A DNA stretch of 64,000 bases from Octopus vulgaris (taxonomy: Eukaryota): assembly GCA_951406725.2 (NCBI GenBank), contig OX597817.1, forward strand, positions 101,990,001 through 102,054,000. The letters are read 5' to 3'. Both the position numbers and the translations under genes were made by a program. Each line of letters opens with the position of its first letter. Position 1 is the stretch's first letter. The notes below the pieces were generated by a model. That model was not told where the DNA came from. It saw nothing but the letters and a program-made list of their open reading frames with translations, and searched no databases. Below are positions 52,552 through 64,000 of the stretch, in pieces.

Positions 52552-53205
52552 TTAGTGAAAAAATTTATAAACAATAGTTCAGTTAGTGCTGAGTGAGGTT
52601 TAAATAAGTTGAAAAATATTTCATAAACAAATTTTAAATAAATTAAAAGAAAAAATGGAGGAAAAAGTATTTGAAAACTACCTGTACATAAAGAAAATTA
52701 GATGAAAACCTTATTTGAGATATAAATAATAATTTGGATGGTAAAGACAATTCACGATAGTTCTGAGAAAACAGAATGCTTAGTATTATACAAACTTACA
52801 TATGCAAATAAACTATAATATAGTTTAACTTTGTGTGTGTTAACCATTGTACATACAAAATATATAAGGAGTGTGATAAATATAAGGTTTTCAGTCTTAA
52901 AGTAATAATGTTTATGCATATATATATATAAATATACCTTCGAAAAGCAGATTAGATGAAGCAGGGACAACTGATAAAGGGTAATATTCTTTATGTTGCA
53001 TGTCTTGCTTCTCTGTTTTTTTTTTTCGTTCTTCAAAAAAAAGTTCGTTTTCTATGTTTTTGTTTTTATGTTTTCGTTTCTCATTGTGTTCAACGCTTTA
53101 TGTAGGTATGTACATATATGTATGTATATATGCGTATAAGTATATATGTGTGTGTGTGTGTGTGTATGTATAAATGTATATAAATATGTATATATGTATG
53201 TATAA

Positions 53206-53237
<32 letters not shown>

Positions 53238-53575
53238 TATATATGTATGTATATATATATATATATATATATATGTATTGAATTTTATACTGTATATATG
53301 TATGTTATTATGGTTGTCATTTTCATAAATAAATAAGTTAACATTCTAATATCCTAAAGCTGATAAACCAACTAATGTGTTTCTCCATTTTCTTATTTGT
53401 AATATAAATTAATAGTAAAATATTTCTTTACTTCACCCATTAAATACAATAAATAAGTTTATTGCATTGCAATTAAAAACACTTGTGTATTAATAATTTG
53501 GGTACTATAACAACAGTATATTGGATAAGTATTATCCCTTAGTGGGTTGGATCCACAACCCCTAACTTACTTGGT

Positions 53576-57561
<3,986 letters not shown>

Positions 57562-57614
57562 TTTCGTTTTGGGGTTTGGTTTGCAAGATTCTTTATGTGA
57601 GTTCGTGTGTTGAA

Positions 57615-57812
57615 GCATATTCTGTTGTGTCTGGAGTGAGTAATTTTCTTTGTGTGCCTTAAAATTTAACACACTAACTGGTAAAATTTCCACTTATTTC
57701 TTATTTTTTTATTTTTGTTTTTATAAAATAAGAAATAAGTGGAAATTTTACTGGTGAGGGTGTTAAATCATAAAGCACAAAAAATAAATGACTCTCCCCA
57801 GACAACTAAATA
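57615..57812. repeat. Imperfect fold-back (about 90-bp arms) abutting the microsatellite
   Basis: GTAAAATTTCCACTTATTTCTTATTTT / AAAATAAGAAATAAGTGGAAATTTTAC, extending outward to TTGTGTCTGG / CCAGACAA. Confidence 0.85.
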
Positions 57813-58052
57813 TAGATATGTATATATAAATATATACATGTAAACATAAATATATATACATGTAATGATAAATCTCAGAGCGAGTTATAAGAGAGGACAC
57901 AGATAGTGTGTCTATAGCCAGCTGGAGGAGATATCTTCCTGGGGCTACAAACTACAGTAGCATCCACCCTTATGGGTTAGCCATATTCAAATGGCAAATA
58001 TGCGTCACGATATATACATGTATATATATATATACATGATGATGATGATGTA

Positions 58053-58096
<44 letters not shown>

Positions 58097-59971
58097 TATC
58101 ATATTTACATGTATATATTTATATATACATATATATATATATATATATGCATATCATATTTACATGTATATATTTATATATACATATATACATACATATA
58201 CATATATATATTTATATTTATATATACATATATATATATATATTTGTACATACATATATACATCATCATCATCATATATATGTATAAATAAATATGTATG
58301 TATAAATATATATATATATATGTTTGAAGGTATCTTAAAAATTTCACTTGTTATAAAATGGACAGAAGTATTTCTTCTATAATTATGTCTGGTTATACTG
58401 AAATTGAGAATGTGAAAGAGGTTTTAAAAAAATGACTTAGTAGCAGTTTAGTCATAAAAAAGTGTAGGATAATAAAAGTTTCTTTTAGCTAATGGTGGAA
58501 TTGAAATCTCTGTAGCAAGGAAGACAGTTATTTTCCACCTTCAGTGCAATGAAGAAGAATTATGTTGACCATCTTGGCAGTTATCAAAATTAATACTGAT
58601 CTTGTTTCACTTTGATTTGTTTATGAGGTTGATATATAATATAGTAAACTACTTTATGAATTAACAGATTTTATTATAATTAATAGTATGATAATGTGAC
58701 TTAATGATTTAGTCATTAAGGTTCTAATTTTCAGTTTCATTCTACAATTTGTAAGATCTTATCTTACATGAGGAATTGTGTTCAGTTTGTGTACAGGGTA
58801 CTTAACTCTATTTACTTTGCAAAACATCTTTAAGTGTAATTAACTGATCATAATTATTATCTGTAATAATATATGATGATGATGATGATGATGATGATAC
58901 AGGTGATGAATATTTATGTCAAAGCTTGAACAAAAATTTATCGATAAAAATATGTGAGCTTCAGAAATTGTAATTGTCAAAGTATCTGAAGATGATTTAA
59001 ATAAGTGAAAAGTGATAAAAATAATTTGTTAGATCCGAAATGTGTCAACAAGTGTTATACAGGTAATTTCACATCCTTTTCCCATGCCAACTCTAATGCC
59101 AGCATGGAAAGGGAAGAAGGACATGACATGATGATGATGATGATAAGGATGATAATATTCTTTTACTGGTTTCAGTTGCTGGGACACCAACTTTAATAAC
59201 AATAATAGTGGTTGTGAAAACAAAAAGTTAATAAACAAGTGCGTAAGTAGAAGTTTTAAAAGGAAACGCACACAAATATATATATGACATGACCTAATCA
59301 GAAAAAAGAAGGAAAATAGGAATGTTGTAAAGAGAATTATTGCTACATGAAAATAAAATGAAAATGTTGATTTTTTTTTGTAACAACCCTTCCCACACCA
59401 AAAGTGATCAAGTTTACATCTACTACTATCATTTTTTTGTCAGTTCGATAAAATAATTTAGGTAAAAATTTCTGGTTAATAGAATAAATATGCTGTCATT
59501 TTCATAAGGCTTGTTAACTGATGATGTTTTTGGATGGTGCAGTTTTTCTCACAAAATTCAACATTTTCAAAGTACATTTGTTTAAAGAAAATTTGTTGGA
59601 CTGAGATTCAATTTTTTTTTATCATTCTCTATATTTGCATATATTTCAAACATATATAGAAATATAGAGTTTGTAATTATCTCTAAATAATTTAGATATC
59701 AATTGAAATAAATAATCTTTTGTATAGGTGATAGCCATACTATATTTCTTTCTGTCTTAGGCACTAAGTCAGTTTTTGGAGGGTGAAGTATTATTGATTT
59801 GAATTAACACAAGAAACCAAAATAGCTTCATCATCAGTTAACAAACCTGTAGCAGTCGATCTTTTTCTGCTTTTCTACTGTAGAAATGGACCAAATCGGG
59901 TGATAATAGATAACAATATTTATAGTTTCTTAACATGTTTTTAGTCAACAATTTCGTTTGATAGATCACTA

Positions 59972-60586
59972 CTAACCTACAGACCAGCTTTCCCAGACTA
60001 GAAGGCATTGTAACAACAGTGCTCCAATTAGTAGTTCGAGCAGAGGATAGACAGTATACATTACACCATCAGTAGTTTCCTCCTGAAAGTCATGGTTGAA
60101 ACATTTACCATTACTGGCATCGTCCACTTTAAAGCTCCGACTGAGACAGAATTCACTGCCATTAGGGTATAAATTTCCAATGACTGATCCCTTCAAAATG
60201 GCGTAACGACAAGCTTCATAGAAATTATTGCAGAATTCTTTACAAACGGTCAATCTCTCACGAAGGTAGAATACATTTTGGTTTGGGGCACAGATGTAAC
60301 ACATTAGATAGTTAAGGTAGTTCTGACATTTTTCGTTGGCACCAGGTAATGGTTTGACATTACCGAAGGTGGCAGCAATTTCTTCTTGCATACAGCAACT
60401 GTTACTCTTAAACCATGTGCAGTTCTTCAGAGTTGGTTGCGGCGACGGTGCACGGTTACTGAAGAATGAACAATACTGGATGTCTTCTGCTCGGACGCGA
60501 TATACGCAGAAGAAAACAATAACTAGCAAACATAACAGCACATTATCGCTGCGCTTACTGGCACTTCGCATCATTCGACCGATCAT
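59972..60586 (-). CDS. Intronless folate-receptor / riboflavin-binding-protein family (Folate_rec-like) Cys-rich surface protein, about 204 aa
   Basis: Signal-peptide-like LLCLLVIVFFCVYRVRA. Cys pattern C..(LKNCTWFKSNSCC)..C..(YLMCYICAP.Q)..(LTVCKEFCNNFYEAC)..FC..CF. Hydrophobic C-terminus (GPI or TM). The first ATG is at 60586; the ORF-track start at 60640 is a GTG. Confidence 0.88.
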   Translation of the reverse strand: MIGRMMRSASKRSDNVLLCLLVIVFFCVYRVRAEDIQYCSFFSNRAPSPQPTLKNCTWFKSNSCCMQEEIAATFGNVKPLPGANEKCQNYLNYLMCYICAPNQNVFYLRERLTVCKEFCNNFYEACRYAILKGSVIGNLYPNGSEFCLSRSFKVDDASNGKCFNHDFQEETTDGVMYTVYPLLELLIGALLLQCLLVWESWSVG

Positions 60587-61041
60587 TTTTTTTCCTTTGC
60601 TTTTCAGGAAACGTCTGTTTATTTCTGCTACAGTTGTCACTTACCACAGATTACGGAAGTAGCTCCTCGTTCGGTAATCTCCGTACAAAACCGTAGCTAT
60701 CCGCATAATCTGTGTCGATTCACTTAACAATCAATACAAGACAGTTGTTCGAACGAAGAAACAGATAAAATCAGCCAAAAAAGCACTATTCAGTATTTAC
60801 TCTCTTCTGTTCTGAAATCAAATATTGCCTCCTTGATGCGATAAAATGAGTATTAATTAATTAAGGGACTAACTTACCTCAGCAGCAAATATTTCAGATT
60901 CCAAAATTAATTAGAATTAATTGTACACTATCAAAAATGGCATTATGTTCCTAAAGATATTTATATAGCTATATCTATCTATTCATCGATCGATCGATAG
61001 ATTGATCGATCTGCACGAGTGCGTGTCTGTATGTACGCGCG

Positions 61042-61079
<38 letters not shown>

Positions 61080-61104
61080 TCATCATCATCATCTTCTAAC
61101 TTAT

Positions 61105-61607
61105 ACTTCTTTCAGTTATTTGACTGTGGCCTTACTGGAGCACCTCCTTCAAGGGTTTCAGATGAACAAATCAACCCCAGGACCTATTTTTAAAAGCCTA
61201 GTACTTATTCAGTCAACTCTTTTGCCGAACCGGTGAGTTACAGGACATAAACACACCAGTGCCACTTGTCAAGCGGTGTGTGTGTGTGTGTGTGTGTGCG
61301 CGTGCGTATGTGTGTGCGTGCGTGCTTGTGCGTGTGCGTGTGTCTGCTTGTGCGTGTGTGTGTGTGCGTGCGTGTGTGTGTGCATGAGTGTGTGCGTGCG
61401 TGTGTGTGTGTGCGTGCATGTGTGCGTGTGTGTGTGTGTGTGTGTGCATGATAGGCTTCTTCCAGTTTTCATCTACCAAGTCCACTCATAAAGCTTTGGT
61501 CGGCCCGAGGCTATAGATGAAGACACTAGCGCAAGGTGTCACGCAGTGAAGCTGAACCCAGTTCCAGATGGTTGAGGAACAGCTTCTTACCACACAGCCA
61601 CACATGC
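61105..61607 (-). mobile_element. tRNA-derived SINE, family A, with an expanded (TG/TGCG)n tract
   Basis: Head and tail are as in the other copies; tract at about 61276-61447. Confidence 0.85.
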
Positions 61608-61639
61608 GCATCATCATCATCTTTTAGAGTCTTTCTTCC

Positions 61640-62290
61640 ATACTGGTATGGGTCGAACGGTATGACAGGATCCAGCGGGTCCGAGGACTGCATTGTGCTC
61701 CATTGTCTACTTTGACATCTATGTTCCAGCCTGCACCAGGAAATCCATATGTGGAACCAGCTATCTTGGTTGAAAGAACAATTCTGAAAGTGGTAGACAA
61801 GTTTCTCAACCTGGGCAGCACTCTCAGCCGTTCTTGCTCCCTGGATGATGAAATATCTTTCAGGCTACAGAGAGCAACTTATTCCTTCCGGTCTCTTCAG
61901 TCTCAGCATGGCATCACAAAGCAAACAAAAATTGCTGTGTACCGTGCATGTGTACTGGCATCGCTCCTTTACTCATGTGAGACATGGACCGTTTACAAAC
62001 GTCATGTAAAGGTCCTTGAACGTTTTCATTAGAGATGTCTCAGACACATTCTGAATGTTGGCTGGATCTCAAAAACTCCAGACACACGGGTCCTGAGGAC
62101 AGCTGATATCTTGAGTATTAAGGCGATGGTGCACAATTACCGGTTACCTTGGACTGGACACCTTATTAAAATGAAGGATAGCAGGATCCCTAAGCAGATG
62201 CTATATGGGGAACGTGTAAATGGAAAGGGACCCCGACAGAAACCAAGGCTGCGATTTAAGGACTGTGTCAAGTCCTCATTAAAGGATCAG
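61640..62290 (+). mobile_element. RTE/BovB-like LINE C-terminal fragment
   Basis: VDKF.NLGSTLS...LDDEI..R, TKIAVYRAC...LLYSCETW, RL.WTGH...M.DSRIPKQMLYG....GK......R.KD. Confidence 0.85.
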
Positions 62291-63099
62291 AATTTTTTTT
62301 AAAGAAAGACAAAAATTCAAAATCAAATCTGATTTTACTTGTGCATCAGAAAACCTGATTTATGTTATAAGATGCTCGGGCTGCCACCAGAACTACATAG
62401 GGTACACGGGATTATCACTCAGACGCAGATGCACTGTGCACTGACAGCAGATTGCATTCCCAGAATACAGAATGACACCCTTTAGTGAACACATTGAGAA
62501 ATGCACAAAGCAACTACTACCACAATTTGCAATCTTTCCATTTTATCAATGTGCCATTGGAACACCAACACAAGTTAGATTAAATAAGGAATACAAGTCT
62601 TCGGTAGTTTTTTCATTCTATTTTGTTTTTCATATATCCAAACACGTGCTTTCACATACCAACTCTCTCGAACTCCTGTTTGCTAGCTGATGACTGTTCT
62701 GGTCCAGGCACGAAGCAGTCGCAAACATTAAGAAACATTTTGTTCAGCATTCTCGTTCAATGGTTGCCTTCAATGTAACGACTGTTGCTGATTTTGTACC
62801 GTAAACTTTGCCTTTTAAATCTCTCCATCAAAAAAGGTCGTTCAGTCTGTGGTCCGGTGGATGCAGAAGGCAACCTCTTCCACCTCTTTGGTAAAATCTC
62901 ATCAAAGTAGGCCCTTATTTTAGTATAGTGGTGTGGGGGTATCCTATCTTGCTAGAAATAAAACTGTATATCTTCCAAATCTTCTGCATGGCAGATTGTC
63001 GCAGCACATTTAAGTTATAGGGACCCGTCACACTAGCATAAATAAAGAAGTGACCAACTAGACATTTTGATCATAAACCACATCATACTGTAATTCCTA

Positions 63100-64000
63100 G
63101 TAAATTGGTTTCGAGTTTTGGCACAAGGGCAACAAGTTCGGGTGTGTGGGGTAGCCGATTACATTGACGTGCACAAGACTTTCTTTCAACCTTTTCTGAT
63201 GAATGCTGAGTTTATCTCATCCCGGGGTTCGATCCCACTGCATGGCAAATGTAATTTTAAAAAAGGTTGCGAGCTGGTAAAATCGTTAGCATTCCGGAAA
63301 AAATGCTTAGCGACATTTCTTCTGGCTTTATGTAGTTAGCTCGAATACTACCGAGGTCGACTTTGCCTTTCTTCCTTTTGGGATCGATAAAATAAAGTGC
63401 CAGTCAAGTACTGCGATCGATATAATCGACTTGCCTCTCACCTCAAAATTTGAAAGAATTATTATTAATAATAATTCTTTCAAGTAAGTCGGCGAGCTGG
63501 CAGAAACGTCAGCACGCCGGACAAAATGCTTAACGGCATTTCGGTCCTTGTTTGTCCTCTCTGTGTTTAGCCCCTTGTGGGTAGTAAAGAAATAGGTATT
63601 TCGTCTGCCGCTGCGTTCTGAGTTCAAATTCCGCCGTTTCGGGCCTTGTGCCTAGTGTAGAAAAGAACAATTCTTTCAAGTATAGGCACAAGGCATGAAA
63701 TTTTGGGGTGGGGGTCAGTCGATTACATCTACCCCAGTGCACAACTGGTATCTATTTTATCAACCCGAAAGGATGAAAGGCAAAGTCAGGCTCAGCAGAA
63801 TTTGAATTTAAAACATAAAGAGTCGGAAGAAATACCTGTAAGCATTTTCTCTGACTCTTTACTAATAATGGTTTCAAATTTTGACACAGAGCCAGCAATT
63901 TCACCGACCCCAGTGTTCAAATGGTAATTATTTTATCGACCCTGAAAGAATAAAAGTAAAGTCGACCTCGGTGAAATTTGAACTCAGAATGTAAAGACAA
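63100..64000. mobile_element. Cluster of family-B SINE fragments in both orientations
   Basis: Repeated GCGAGCTGG.AGAA, GAGTTCAAATT, GAGGTCGACTTTGCC and their reverse complements, homologous to 19901-20137. Confidence 0.85.

Noticed and set aside
60587-60640. N-terminal extension MTTVAE... in the ORF track
   Set aside because: It begins at a GTG. In a eukaryote the first ATG (60586) or the next Met codons are the likely starts.
62680-62735. CTGATGA-CTGTTC...GAAGCAGTC-GCAAAC hammerhead-like string
   Set aside because: GAAA is interrupted and stems I and III do not pair convincingly. At best it is a relic.

Overview
This is an AT-rich, repeat-dense animal genomic window, not a prokaryotic one. 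The SINE/LINE/microsatellite landscape looks like an octopus (coleoid cephalopod); that is inference only. Two host genes are supported and are convergent. One is a five-coding-exon DHHC palmitoyltransferase of the ZDHHC4 type (+ strand, 23522-38774, about 364 aa, all splice phases consistent). The other is an intronless, signal-peptide-bearing, Cys-rich folate-receptor/riboflavin-binding-protein-family gene (- strand, 59972-60586). The rest is mobile and repetitive DNA: a decayed Tx1 LINE, RTE LINEs (one with a 13-bp TSD and a 67-bp stem-loop array in its 3' UTR), several Penelope-like elements (PLEs), mariner/maT/pogo/hAT remnants and MITEs, many tRNA-derived SINEs, and a 4-kb (TA)n/(TACA)n array. 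The most interesting unannotated signal is a set of minimal type I hammerhead-ribozyme motifs at about 3.3, 33.3 and 48.2 kb, with weaker ones elsewhere. One lies in a small non-coding, inverted-repeat-bounded element in sense orientation within ZDHHC4 intron 3. The window also has many long fold-back sequences that would form dsRNA if transcribed. All calls were made by eye; repeat boundaries are approximate unless a TSD or TIR is quoted.
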